36,632 nucleotides of DNA from a virus (taxonomy: Duplodnaviria > Heunggongvirae > Uroviricota > Caudoviricetes). Positions within the stretch are counted from its first letter, which is position 1. Every line of letters begins with the position of its first letter. Where the stretch lies: IMG/VR virus record IMGVR_UViG_2541047758_000014. The stretch is one strand, 5' to 3'. The notes under the pieces are model-generated. The model did no database searches. It was not told where the DNA came from and saw only the letters and a program-made list of their open reading frames with translations. Below are positions 6,639 through 16,272 of the stretch, piece after piece. The position numbers were made by a program, and so were the translations under genes.

Positions 6639-9461
6639 ATGACGGCAGAGTACATCAGGGACTGGCAACAACCGCGCCACGCAGTGGGGCGTGAAGGAAC
6701 GGGGATCCCCGCTCCTGAATCCGCGCTTTCCTCCTGGCTGGATGCCTACCGGGTAGAGAACGAGCGCCGCCAGGAAATGGCTGATGCGGCGTTCTCCGCC
6801 ACGCCGCTGGGCAACCTGATTAATAAAAGCCTGGACGCACAGGAAAAACAGGACAAAACCATCACACTGGCAGGAGACGCCAGAAAACAGGCACGCGGCG
6901 CGGTGGATGAAGCCATGGCCTCGCTGCGCCTGCTGCCGTCCTATCTGCGCGATCCGCTTATTCGCCACCTCTCCTTCCTTCGCAAAAAACAGGAAGCCGA
7001 TCGCCGGAAAGGCAAAAAGAGCTGGCAGGCGGAACGCTATGCACGCGGAACCCTGCGCAAAATATTCGAACGTCTGGATCGCACTGACGGACGCTGGCTG
7101 ACACCGGGTTATCGCTCCCTTGCCGGACGCGAACGCCTGGACGATTTGCTTTACCTGCCGCAGCTCAACAAACACCAGATACAGACGCTGGCCACCATGA
7201 CGGCGGCGATGTTCAGCAGCACCTTCGAAAAACTCTGCGATGGCTTTGGCGCGACTGATGGCGAACTGACCATGGATGTAACGCTGAAGGCGTATCAGAT
7301 GCTGGCCCGCATGGCGTTACACCTGCACGCCATGCCTCCACATTATGACGCACTGACAACAGACAAAGACCGGAGGAACGAACCGGACACGGAGCTGCTG
7401 CCGGGCGCAATCCTTCGCCTGACCTGTGCGGAATGGTGGAAACGCAAACTGTGGCTGTTACGTTGCGAGTGGAGAGAAGAACAACTCCGCGCCGCCTGTC
7501 TGGTTTCCAGAAAAACATCACCCTATCTGAGCCAGGACGCGTTAAGCGAGTTTCGCGCACAGCGCGAGAAAACACGCGATTTCCTGAAAAGTTTCATGCT
7601 GGAAAATGAAGACGGGTTCACGATTGATCTCGAGACAGTGTATTACGCGGGAGTAAGTAACCCGGTTCACCGTAAGGCAGAAATGATGGCCACCATGAAG
7701 GGACTGGAACTTCTGGCCGAAGCCCGTGGCGACAGAGCGGTGTTTCTGACTGTCACCTGCCCGTCAAAATACCACGCAACAACGGAGAACGGTCATCCGA
7801 ACCCCAAATGGAACGGGGCCACCATGCGCGACTCCAGCGATTACCTGGTTAACACGTTTTTTGCGGCGGTCCGCAAGAAACTGAACCGCGACGGCCTGCG
7901 CTGGTATGGCATCCGCACGGTGGAGCCTCACCATGACGGCACCGTGCACTGGCATATGATGGTCTTTGCTCATCCGGAAGAAATCGACACCATTGTGTCC
8001 CACACCCGCGATATTGCCATTCAGGAAGATCGCCACGAGCTGGGCGATGATATTACTCCGCGCTTTAAGGCGGAGTACGTCGACGGCTCAAAAGGTACGC
8101 CAACCAGCTACATCGCCACCTACATCGGAAAGAACCTGGACAGCCGCGCCGTGGATGGTATCGACCCGAAAACGGGCAAGCCACGCGTTGACCACGAAAC
8201 CGGAAAATCAATGGCCGAGAGCGTGGAGCGCGCCATCGGCTGGGCGCGCCTTCACCGGGTCCGCCAGTTCCAGTTCTTTGGCATCCCCTCCCGTCAGGTG
8301 TGGCGTGAACTACGCCGCCTTGCCAGCCAGATGGCACGCAACCCGGAAGGCCCGCAACGGCTGAAGGATGACGCAATGGATGCGGTACTCGCTGCCGCTG
8401 ATGCCGGGTGTTTTGCCACCTACATTGAAAAACAGGGTGGCGTGCTTGTTCCACGCAAAGACTACCTGATTCGCACCGCCTACGACCTCGCAGAAGAGCT
8501 GAACGATTACGGCGAACAGAGCGTACAGATTTATGGGATCTGGTCACCACTCATCGGGGAATCCTCCCGTGTGTGCACGCATCCGGATAACTGGAAGCTG
8601 GTAAGACGCAAACCGGAAGCGGAAGACAGCACCCGCGAAAATGGTTTTGACCTTCAGGGCGGCCCTGCCGCCCCTTGGACTCGTGGCAATAACTGTCCCC
8701 GTGTACAGGAAACGAACAACAACGGGACAGAACAGCCGGAAGAACGGCCAGCACCGTGGCCGCAGCTCCCTGACGGCGTTGAAGTGAACGAATGGATGCG
8801 CTCACTGAAACGGCACGAACGCCGGGCGCTGATGCGTTCGCTTCGTGACAAACAGGCAAAAAACAGCAGCGATGAAATGCAGAGCTGGACACAGAGCCGC
8901 AAACAGCAGCGGCCTTTGCCTGATAACCACGAATTACTCGCTAAAGAATGGCGGGAGTCTGCTGAATCTCTCGGCCTGCATATCGGTGAACAACAGATGC
9001 AGCACCTGTTACGGGGCGGCAGTCTGTACGTTGACGGCAGCATCATTGCACCGCAGGGATTTGAAATTGTACGCAAACCGGATACCCGCCCGGACAGCCG
9101 AATCACGCAGCTCTGGCAGCGCCTGAGCCGTAATCACGGCGTAAGCAGCACGGAGATCCGCCATAACCCGGTCTCCAGCTATCTGGCACAGCTCGGGGCA
9201 TCAGACCCCGAAGCCGCCGCACGCCTGGCATCCACACTTCAGCAGGTCCAGAACACCATGAAAACACCCGTTACCGTGCTTTCTGACATGCTGCGCGCCA
9301 TTCGTGACGCAGAGCACGCACAGAGAATCAGAGAAACCACTGAACGCGCCCGCCGCAAAGCAAACCTGCTGAGGACTGGCCTGACCAGTGGAAACAAAAA
9401 ACAGACAGAAACGGGATTCACAAATCCCGTAAATGAGCAAAAAACGCGCCGCGATATATGA
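6639..9461 (+). CDS. A: Replication initiation endonuclease (P2 gpA / 186 A-like rolling-circle initiator)
   Basis: 940 aa; contains the HUH-type region HHDGTVHWHMMVFAHPEEI and Tyr-containing segment characteristic of P2 A; position after the early operon. Confidence 0.85.
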   Translation: MTAEYIRDWQQPRHAVGREGTGIPAPESALSSWLDAYRVENERRQEMADAAFSATPLGNLINKSLDAQEKQDKTITLAGDARKQARGAVDEAMASLRLLPSYLRDPLIRHLSFLRKKQEADRRKGKKSWQAERYARGTLRKIFERLDRTDGRWLTPGYRSLAGRERLDDLLYLPQLNKHQIQTLATMTAAMFSSTFEKLCDGFGATDGELTMDVTLKAYQMLARMALHLHAMPPHYDALTTDKDRRNEPDTELLPGAILRLTCAEWWKRKLWLLRCEWREEQLRAACLVSRKTSPYLSQDALSEFRAQREKTRDFLKSFMLENEDGFTIDLETVYYAGVSNPVHRKAEMMATMKGLELLAEARGDRAVFLTVTCPSKYHATTENGHPNPKWNGATMRDSSDYLVNTFFAAVRKKLNRDGLRWYGIRTVEPHHDGTVHWHMMVFAHPEEIDTIVSHTRDIAIQEDRHELGDDITPRFKAEYVDGSKGTPTSYIATYIGKNLDSRAVDGIDPKTGKPRVDHETGKSMAESVERAIGWARLHRVRQFQFFGIPSRQVWRELRRLASQMARNPEGPQRLKDDAMDAVLAAADAGCFATYIEKQGGVLVPRKDYLIRTAYDLAEELNDYGEQSVQIYGIWSPLIGESSRVCTHPDNWKLVRRKPEAEDSTRENGFDLQGGPAAPWTRGNNCPRVQETNNNGTEQPEERPAPWPQLPDGVEVNEWMRSLKRHERRALMRSLRDKQAKNSSDEMQSWTQSRKQQRPLPDNHELLAKEWRESAESLGLHIGEQQMQHLLRGGSLYVDGSIIAPQGFEIVRKPDTRPDSRITQLWQRLSRNHGVSSTEIRHNPVSSYLAQLGASDPEAAARLASTLQQVQNTMKTPVTVLSDMLRAIRDAEHAQRIRETTERARRKANLLRTGLTSGNKKQTETGFTNPVNEQKTRRDI

Positions 9462-9506
9462 AGTGCGCACAAAACAGGCGAAAGCGGGATTTAAAAATCC
9501 CGTAAA
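9412..9506. repeat. Two 22-bp palindromic repeats flanking the A stop, candidate parC-like centromere or iterons
   Basis: cgggattcacaaatcccgtaaa at 9412..9433 and cgggatttaaaaatcccgtaaa at 9485..9506; each is an inverted repeat cgggatt-N4-aatcccg; immediately upstream of parM. Confidence 0.5.
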
Positions 9507-9537
9507 CGGTTAATTAACCAACATAAGGAAAATCGAC

Positions 9538-10497
9538 ATGAAAATTTGTATCGACGACGGCTCCACCAACATCAAGCTGGCATGGACTGAGAATGGCGAA
9601 CGCCGCAACGCCATCAGCCCGAACAGCTTCAAGTCGGAATGGTCTGCGCCGTTCGGTGGCATGCAGCCCGCGAACTACATGCTTGATGGCGTGCGCTATG
9701 GTTTTGATCCGGTCAGCGATCGCTTTGTCCAGACGACCGACACGCAATACCAGTACAGCGATGTGAATGTAATCGCCATTCATCACGCGCTGGTCAAATC
9801 AGGCATCACGCCACAAGAGGTGGATGTGGTTGTCACCCTGCCACTGAGCGAGTATTTCGAGACAAACGCACAGCCGGACATGGCCAACATCAACCGCAAA
9901 AAAGCGAACGTTATGCGCTCGGTGGAGTACCAGAACGGCGAAGCATTCACTATCCGTAACGTGCGGGTTATGCCTGAATCCATTCCGGCTGGCTTTAAAG
10001 CACTGGCTGACATGAGTCCGTTTGAATCCCTGCTGATTGTGGATTTAGGCGGAACCACGCTGGATGTGGCAAAGGTTCAAGGGCAACTGGCAGGTATCAG
10101 CCAGGTGTTTTGCGATCCACACGTAGGCGTTTCCCTGATGGCCGATGCCGTACTGTCGGTGATGGCCACTAACGGTATGCGCACCAGTCACCACATCGCC
10201 AATACCATTATCGAACATCGCCATGATGAAGCCTGGCTGCGCCAGCACATCCACAATGACGCGCATTACGCCAGCCTGATGGCGGTTATTCGTGAAAAGG
10301 AAGAAACACTGAAACAACGCGTGATCCGCGCGCTGGCGGTTTTTTCGGGTTACGGGCGGGTGATGGTTGTCGGTGGAGGGGCGGAGATTGTGGCACCCGC
10401 TATCCGCGAAGTCTGCGGAGTTAATGCGACTTTCATCGCGGACGGGGTGCCACAGTTTGCTCTGGTTAATGGGCTGTACGCAATGGACAAGGAGTAA
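9538..10497 (+). CDS. parM: ParM/StbA-like actin-type partition ATPase
   Basis: 319 aa; N-terminus MKICIDDGSTNIKLAW and ISPNSFK...YSDVNVIAIHHAL closely resemble plasmid R1 ParM (MLVFIDDGSTNIKLQW...). Confidence 0.85.
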   Translation: MKICIDDGSTNIKLAWTENGERRNAISPNSFKSEWSAPFGGMQPANYMLDGVRYGFDPVSDRFVQTTDTQYQYSDVNVIAIHHALVKSGITPQEVDVVVTLPLSEYFETNAQPDMANINRKKANVMRSVEYQNGEAFTIRNVRVMPESIPAGFKALADMSPFESLLIVDLGGTTLDVAKVQGQLAGISQVFCDPHVGVSLMADAVLSVMATNGMRTSHHIANTIIEHRHDEAWLRQHIHNDAHYASLMAVIREKEETLKQRVIRALAVFSGYGRVMVVGGGAEIVAPAIREVCGVNATFIADGVPQFALVNGLYAMDKE

Positions 10498-10501
10498 ACC
10501 A

Positions 10502-10813
10502 ATGACGACACCAACCAGACGGATAAGTTTCTATCTGAAGCCTGCGGCCGTCAAGAACGAAAGCGAAGCATGCGCCTGGCTGGACAGCCTTACACCAGAA
10601 GCCCGCAAAAGCGGCCAACGCGTGGCTTTTCTGGCTGGGCTGGCACTTCTGAAAATGAATCCAGCAGAGGCTTACCGACTGGCTGCATGGGCTGACGATG
10701 AGGCGTTATCCGTGACACAAACCAGGACTGAACGCCCCGTGTCACAGCCAGTACCAACCGCACAGATAACCAATCAGATGGCCGGAAATATCAGGGCGTT
10801 ATTCCCCGAATAA
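10502..10813 (+). CDS. parR: ParR-like centromere-binding adaptor
   Basis: 103 aa; start at ATG 10502 inside track ORF 10367..10813; RRISFYLKPAAV...AFLAGLALLKMNP resembles R1 ParR; sits directly downstream of parM as in the R1 par operon. Confidence 0.7.
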   Translation: MTTPTRRISFYLKPAAVKNESEACAWLDSLTPEARKSGQRVAFLAGLALLKMNPAEAYRLAAWADDEALSVTQTRTERPVSQPVPTAQITNQMAGNIRALFPE

Positions 10814-11044
10814 GGCAATACGGTGAAGCATCCCCAGGGGAAGTGAAGCTAAACTTAAGAGGGGCGGATATAGACGCCCCGATTCACAGAAAAATTTATT
10901 GAATTTGAACGTTTTCAACGTTATGTTTTACGCAGATTTCAAGGTTTTGGGGATTTAGAGGCGGCCCCCCAAAAGTTGATACCGCCTAGTTGGTAACTTC
11001 GTCGTCAGACTGGGACTCCAACCACGCCAGCTGAGAGGTTGGCG

Positions 11045-11851
11045 CTATTTTTTACGCAAAGGGGGTAATTTATATCGCAAATTAACCTCTTTCGTTTCAA
11101 TATCTCTTGGCCCCTTCTTTTTATCAAAAAACAACCAGATATTGAATTTTCGCTCTGTCGGCCAGGTATCGTGCCGTAATGATTCCCACCCAAGATAAGA
11201 AGCGATTTTCTCTGCCATAGCCAGTTTCGCTGGAGAAGTGGCTTTCCTTTGATATGCACACATGACAGCCCCTAATAAAAAATCGACAAGCTGAATATGT
11301 TCCGATGTTTTTGAGTCTTTTGTTTCAACTAGTTTAATTATGTCCTTGCGCCCATATTTTCGGGCCAGAGAATGGTTGGCAATTATGTGAAACTCTTCAT
11401 CGGCTTTTTTGTAACGAGATGGCAGGGGATCAACTTCTATAAGGAACTCACATTCCGCATGAGGCCACCTTTGGATCACGTTACCTATTTTTGTTTCAAT
11501 AAGCTTGCAAAAATGCTTACGCATTGCAAGATCATAATCCCCACCATGATATGATTTTTCTACTTTAGACTTCTCAACAATAATACAGTGAAAAGCCATC
11601 CAGTTGTGCCTAAAAAACACATCAATGACGTCGCTATAAAAAGCTGCATTACGCTTTGAATGTGCTTTCTGCCATTTGAGCTCATCACTGCATCCATGCT
11701 TTTTTCTCAAATCCTGTACCATGCGAGTGAGTTCAGCGCGCCTCTGATAGCTCATCCAGAGACTCCCAAACCCGTAGAATGGCTGCCCATCAACGCCAGA
11801 TTCATCACAGGCAACATGCCATATCATTTTTTTCTGATTGTTATCTTTCAT
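11045..11851 (-). CDS. DUF3800-like protein, candidate anti-phage or accessory cargo at the A-Q hotspot
   Basis: 268 aa; N-terminal WHVACDESG and C-terminal IQLVDFLLGAV motifs as I recall for DUF3800; gene is clearly more AT-rich than the phage backbone; opposite strand to its neighbours. Confidence 0.6.
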   Translation of the reverse strand: MKDNNQKKMIWHVACDESGVDGQPFYGFGSLWMSYQRRAELTRMVQDLRKKHGCSDELKWQKAHSKRNAAFYSDVIDVFFRHNWMAFHCIIVEKSKVEKSYHGGDYDLAMRKHFCKLIETKIGNVIQRWPHAECEFLIEVDPLPSRYKKADEEFHIIANHSLARKYGRKDIIKLVETKDSKTSEHIQLVDFLLGAVMCAYQRKATSPAKLAMAEKIASYLGWESLRHDTWPTERKFNIWLFFDKKKGPRDIETKEVNLRYKLPPLRKK

Positions 11852-12010
11852 TGGTCTTGGGTTCTGGGGACTAAACGTGCTGCATCTAATTTAATCACAC
11901 ACATAACCTACTGATAAAGATCATTTTTATTCCTGTCTCTCACCAAATGGGTATTGAGAATGACCACCTGAACACACTGAAATAAAGGCGAAAATCATGT
12001 ATCGCCCTGC

Positions 12011-12040
12011 TGCACAATAGTGCACAAATTTGCACAATTT
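12011..12040. repeat. Three tandem 10-bp repeats (TGCACAA-N3), helically phased
   Basis: tgcacaatag / tgcacaaatt / tgcacaattt at 12011..12040; a fourth TGCACAAA at 12103..12110 and GGATCCGT twice at 12081..12088 and 12092..12099. Confidence 0.7.
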
Positions 12041-12420
12041 TTTTGAACGACTTTTTGCCCTTCCGGCCCCCGTGGCGGCTGGATCCGTCAAGGATCCGTG
12101 CGTGCACAAAAAAACGCGTTTTTTCTGCGCGCAGGTGACGGGGGAACAGCCCGCGTTTCAGGGGGTAAATAGCATTCCCTGAGCGATGTCGCAGCGACAC
12201 AACAGAATGGCTGTATTTCTCACGCTGAGCGTGAAAAAGACGTAAGGGTTTTTGATTTGATGGGTTGAAAGGTAAGGCCGTCAAAATCGCACTGAGGCGG
12301 CGAGAACATACAGTCAACGCGGTGGGATTGCGTAAGAGTCTGACCGTCGATGGTGGCGATAAACTGGAAGGCGTCGTGAAATTATCTGATTGATACAGGA
12401 GCTGGAGAGTCGGGGCATAA

Positions 12421-12445
12421 ATTTTTTATGCCCCGGCGAAGCAGC
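12421..12445. terminator. Perfect 11-bp-arm hairpin just downstream of the portal gene
   Basis: cggggcataaa-ttt-tttatgccccg at 12421..12445; no clean T-run, so terminator role is uncertain. Confidence 0.35.
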
Positions 12446-12461
12446 AGACAAGCGAAGCGCG

Positions 12462-13508
12462 TCAGGCTGTGGGCTGGGTGTCTAACAGTGCGTAAGGGTT
12501 AAAGCGGATCACCTCTTCGCCCAGCCAGTCATTGATGTGCTTCATGGCCTCCATGACGGGCATCAGCTCGTTAATTGCGTAAACCCGCGCGGCCTTCTCC
12601 ACATCACCAAACGCACTTTTTTCACCCGGCATCGCCCCCATCAGTTGCGGCGGAACGCGGTGCGCAGCCAGCACATCATCACGGGATGCCGCCTTAACAT
12701 TCATGAACTCATCCTTTGCGGTGATCTGCTGGAACGGCAAAATTTGCACCCCCTCTTTGCCCCCGTTGGGCGCATGAATGAGCACGTTTTTAAACGCACC
12801 ACCACCACGTGCCCCCTGTAGCGTTTCTTTCAGGGAGTCCATGCTTTCGCGGTTTACCTGCGCTGCACCGATGTAGATGATGCACCCGGCGTGGGATCCG
12901 TTGTCGTAATACAGTTTTCTGAACATGTCCGCCGAATGAGACAGGCTGGCCGAGAGTAATGCGCCGAGATATTCCGGCATGCCGTAGATTTCCTGGTTAA
13001 TGTCAGGATTCATCAGGTGGCACACTTTGCCAGGGCGAAACTGAAACGCATCCTTGCCATCCTGCACATACCACCATGATTCAAGATCGCTTCCGCGTCG
13101 CATGTATTTCGCCAGTGCGTGCCGTAATTTAAGCGGTTCGCCGAGCATATTGCTTCGAAGCTCAAGGAATGCGTTACCGAACACAAACCAGTCCAGCGCC
13201 AGCGCCGAGAAATCCTGCCGGGAAAGCAGCGGGTGCGGGATGTAGCAGCCGAGTAATACATTGCGCTTAAAGTAAAGCGCAGACTGATGCCAGGACGTTT
13301 GCCGGGCAGCTCTTGCCAGACCGTACCAGTCTACCGGGGTTTCATACCACCGCCCGTTATCAGCACAGTACATATTGTCCAGCAGATCATGCCCGGTCAG
13401 GCGATAAGGACCATCAAATGTGAATGCACTGAGCGATGATTCTTTCCTGAGCGCATCAGCGAGATCAATGCGTGAACTCATGCGCACTTTTTTATTTTTT
13501 CTGCTCAT
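12462..13508 (-). CDS. Q: Portal protein (P2 gpQ-like)
   Basis: 348 aa; size, position next to the terminase and sequence consistent with P2 Q; start overlaps the P stop. Confidence 0.9.
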   Translation of the reverse strand: MSRKNKKVRMSSRIDLADALRKESSLSAFTFDGPYRLTGHDLLDNMYCADNGRWYETPVDWYGLARAARQTSWHQSALYFKRNVLLGCYIPHPLLSRQDFSALALDWFVFGNAFLELRSNMLGEPLKLRHALAKYMRRGSDLESWWYVQDGKDAFQFRPGKVCHLMNPDINQEIYGMPEYLGALLSASLSHSADMFRKLYYDNGSHAGCIIYIGAAQVNRESMDSLKETLQGARGGGAFKNVLIHAPNGGKEGVQILPFQQITAKDEFMNVKAASRDDVLAAHRVPPQLMGAMPGEKSAFGDVEKAARVYAINELMPVMEAMKHINDWLGEEVIRFNPYALLDTQPTA

Positions 13509-15259
13509 CAGAACTCCATAACCGTGAAACGCTCGTTTTCTCCTTCGCCGCCAATCGGTTCGTTAATGACAGCAAGCATGGTTGCCCACGCAAGGTCGCC
13601 GTGGCTGATCCCCCTCGCGCGGTCCGTTTCGTAAGTGATAAAGCCGCCCGGTGTTTTCACCTTACGCACGGCGTTAAAGGCCGCGACCAGCTCGCGTTCG
13701 GCGCGATCGTATTCCCACCGCCCGGCACGCATTATTTGCAGCATTTTCAGTACCAGCGACCGTTTTGATGACAGCGTGAAGGTGTACGGAATAGCAGCAG
13801 GGAAAAACCGTTTCACTATCTGATAAACAGCCTCCCCGTTCCCGCCCGTCACATCAATGCCGATGTGTTCCACGTTGTAGCGATACGTGAACTCTTCAAT
13901 GACTCTGGCCTGTTCTTCAAACTCCAGCCCCTGAACGCGTCGCGTCTCCACCGTTCGAAAACGGCCACCAGGAACAGCCGGAGGAACCACCACGGACACA
14001 GCGCCGCTGTCGCCGTTACCACTGCTGCCGTTTGCGTCATACCCAATCCATACCGGACGATTCCCCATCGGGCGGGGAGCAAAAGGTTTCCAGTCTTTCC
14101 AGTCGTCGTATCCGTCAACACCGCAGCCAATCAGGATATTCAGGTTAAATGCCGATTCCCCTTCGCGGACAAACTCACACATATAGAGATTGAGGAACTC
14201 GTCTTCGGTATTTTCATCACGAATTTCGTCGATATCGGTGTGTTTCCAGCCGTGATTAACCACATCTTCCAGCGTGACAATTTGCCGCCACGTCCGGTCA
14301 GGGCAGATAAGCCCGTTATGCAGCGTTTTCCAGTCCACAGAAAAACGCTGGCGTTTATGCGAGGCCTTTTTCTCGTTCCAGCGGTCGCCGTTCCAGTAGG
14401 CGTATGCCTCGTGCGTTTCGGTGGATGGCGTGGAGAAGTAGGTGCGCCGCAGTCCGCTGAGGGTTGCCATAGCGCCAGCCACCTTGCGCAGTTCAGCAAA
14501 GCGACTGACCCAGAAAAATTCATCAAAATAAAAATTGCCCGTATAGGACTGTGCCGACGCAGCAGAAGTGCCGAGAAAATGCAGCTCTGCGCCGTTGGAG
14601 AGGATGATTTTATCGCCCCCTTTCAGCTCCACATCAACTTCAGCCGCGGCCTTCTGAATAATGCTTTTAAACTGGAACGCCTGACGACGCGACGCAGACA
14701 AAAAAATCTGGTTACGCTGGTAAGGTTGCGCCACATCGTCACGCAGCGCCATCAGCAGTGCTTCCTGTGCAAAATACCAGGTCGCCCCAATCTGTCGGGA
14801 TTTCAGGATCATCCTGTTACGTATCCCGGCTTCCCTGCAAAGGGTCAGGGAGTCAAACCAGCCCCGCTGATGCCACTCCAGCCTGCTGATGATTTTTTCC
14901 CGCAGTGCGGCAATCTGTTCCGGCGTGAAATGATTTTTGAGTTTTTTCGCCCGGCCTTTCTTTCCTGCGGCCATCACATCCGGCTGGCCATCATGTAGCT
15001 TTTTAAGCTGCCGGGTCAGCAGGTCTATTTCCTTAAAGTCACCGCCTGTTTTATTCTGTTTTTCAGTAAGCTGGATGAGGCGCGCATCGATGGACTGCGT
15101 GACACGCTGCACGGGTGGCGTTTCATCCCACTGGTCACGTTTTTTCCACGCATAAATCGTGTTCGGGTTTATTCCCATCAGACGTGATATTTCTGCGGGC
15201 GGATAACCCTGCCAGTAAAGTTGCCGCGCACGCTGGCGCACAAAAGCGTCCTGAATCAT
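13508..15259 (-). CDS. P: Terminase large (ATPase) subunit (P2 gpP-like)
   Basis: 583 aa; divergent from the O-N-M-L operon exactly as in P2. Confidence 0.9.
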   Translation of the reverse strand: MIQDAFVRQRARQLYWQGYPPAEISRLMGINPNTIYAWKKRDQWDETPPVQRVTQSIDARLIQLTEKQNKTGGDFKEIDLLTRQLKKLHDGQPDVMAAGKKGRAKKLKNHFTPEQIAALREKIISRLEWHQRGWFDSLTLCREAGIRNRMILKSRQIGATWYFAQEALLMALRDDVAQPYQRNQIFLSASRRQAFQFKSIIQKAAAEVDVELKGGDKIILSNGAELHFLGTSAASAQSYTGNFYFDEFFWVSRFAELRKVAGAMATLSGLRRTYFSTPSTETHEAYAYWNGDRWNEKKASHKRQRFSVDWKTLHNGLICPDRTWRQIVTLEDVVNHGWKHTDIDEIRDENTEDEFLNLYMCEFVREGESAFNLNILIGCGVDGYDDWKDWKPFAPRPMGNRPVWIGYDANGSSGNGDSGAVSVVVPPAVPGGRFRTVETRRVQGLEFEEQARVIEEFTYRYNVEHIGIDVTGGNGEAVYQIVKRFFPAAIPYTFTLSSKRSLVLKMLQIMRAGRWEYDRAERELVAAFNAVRKVKTPGGFITYETDRARGISHGDLAWATMLAVINEPIGGEGENERFTVMEF

Positions 15260-15412
15260 TGCTCCCCCTGAGTAATTACAGGAAGATTACCCGCGCGCGA
15301 AACCGTTCTCCTTAACCCCCTGTTCTGACCGTTTTCTTACAACAAAAGCCCTTTGTATCAGCCTGTTACGCTTTGCCATCATGACTGAAGAACCAGTCAG
15401 AGGGGCAAAACT

Positions 15413-16249
15413 ATGGCTAATGAAAAAAAGACATCCCGCAAAAAGTTTCGCGTGGCTGTCTCCGGATCAACTGTTGATGGCCGTGAAATCAGTCCGGTGC
15501 ATCTGCGTGAAGCCGCCGAGAACTTCAACCCGGATGTTTACGCTGCCCGCGTGAACGTTGAGCACTATCTCTCGCCATGCCCGTCAAGCGAATTTTCCGC
15601 AATGGGCGATGTCACCGCACTGAGTACGGAAGACATTACGGAAGGTCCGCTGGCCGGACGTACTGCGCTGTATGCAGAAATCGAACCGACCGAGCGCATG
15701 AAGCAGCTTGTCGCGGACGGCAAGAAAATCTATTCCAGTATCGAACTGCACCCGCAGTTCTCCGTTAACGGGCGCGCCTATCTGGTCGGGCTGGCGATGA
15801 CCGACACCCCGGCAAGCCTGGGCACTGAGCGCCTGAAATTCACGGCACAGCAACGTCAGGCGGTGATGACGTTCAACAGTATCCAGGGTGAAGCGCCGCT
15901 TATCTCCGAAGCCATCGAGTCTGAAATCATCGAAATGGCAGAACAACGCCAGGAAGAAGGCACCCAGTGGTTTAACCGCGTAATGGGGATTATTGGCCGT
16001 GGCCGCAAAGCGGATGACGCCAGTTTTTCCCGTATTCAGGAAGCGGTGGAAGGCGTCGCAACGTCACAGGCCGACATTATCGACCGTTTTAATGTGCTGG
16101 AAACCCGCCATCAGCAGGACCGCCAGAAAATTACGTCACTGACCACAGAGCTGGCAGCACTGAAGGAAAAACTGCGCACGCAGGACGGCGATCCGCAGAA
16201 CCGGTTCACCGCAACAGGTGCAGCCTCCGACCAGCTGGCTGACTTCTGA
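15413..16249 (+). CDS. O: Capsid scaffolding protein (P2 gpO-like)
   Basis: 278 aa; Ala/Glu-rich C-terminal half; first gene of the head operon. Confidence 0.85.
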   Translation: MANEKKTSRKKFRVAVSGSTVDGREISPVHLREAAENFNPDVYAARVNVEHYLSPCPSSEFSAMGDVTALSTEDITEGPLAGRTALYAEIEPTERMKQLVADGKKIYSSIELHPQFSVNGRAYLVGLAMTDTPASLGTERLKFTAQQRQAVMTFNSIQGEAPLISEAIESEIIEMAEQRQEEGTQWFNRVMGIIGRGRKADDASFSRIQEAVEGVATSQADIIDRFNVLETRHQQDRQKITSLTTELAALKEKLRTQDGDPQNRFTATGAASDQLADF

Positions 16250-16272
16250 TAAGACAAAGGAGCAAATTTTTT

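Noticed and set aside
6099-7175. 358-aa minus-strand ORF overlapping the start of the replication gene
   Set aside because: Antisense to the well-supported gpA gene, low-complexity Ala/Arg/Gly-rich translation, no RBS; typical spurious ORF in GC-rich coding DNA.
7213-9126. Several 90-160-aa ORFs on both strands within the gpA gene
   Set aside because: All overlap the long gpA reading frame and have Arg/Cys/Ser-rich compositions; no room or signals for separate genes.
10980-11047. Possible tRNA-like sequence (tagttggtaa resembles a D-loop)
   Set aside because: No T-loop (GTTCGAATC-like) or acceptor-stem pairing could be found; more likely a hairpin terminator region (ccaacc...ggttgg then T-run).
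12081-12099. Two BamHI sites 11 bp apart as a possible cloning artefact
   Set aside because: They form part of a natural-looking direct repeat (GGATCCGT twice) embedded among other repeats; no vector-like sequence nearby.
11927-12317. 60-aa and 125-aa minus-strand ORFs in the gap before the portal gene
   Set aside because: They cover the repeat-rich cos-like region, lack RBS and have biased composition; the region is better explained as non-coding packaging or regulatory DNA.
13865-14998. 377-aa plus-strand ORF inside the terminase large subunit gene
   Set aside because: Antisense to a confidently identified gene; Arg/Pro-rich composition typical of antisense frames.
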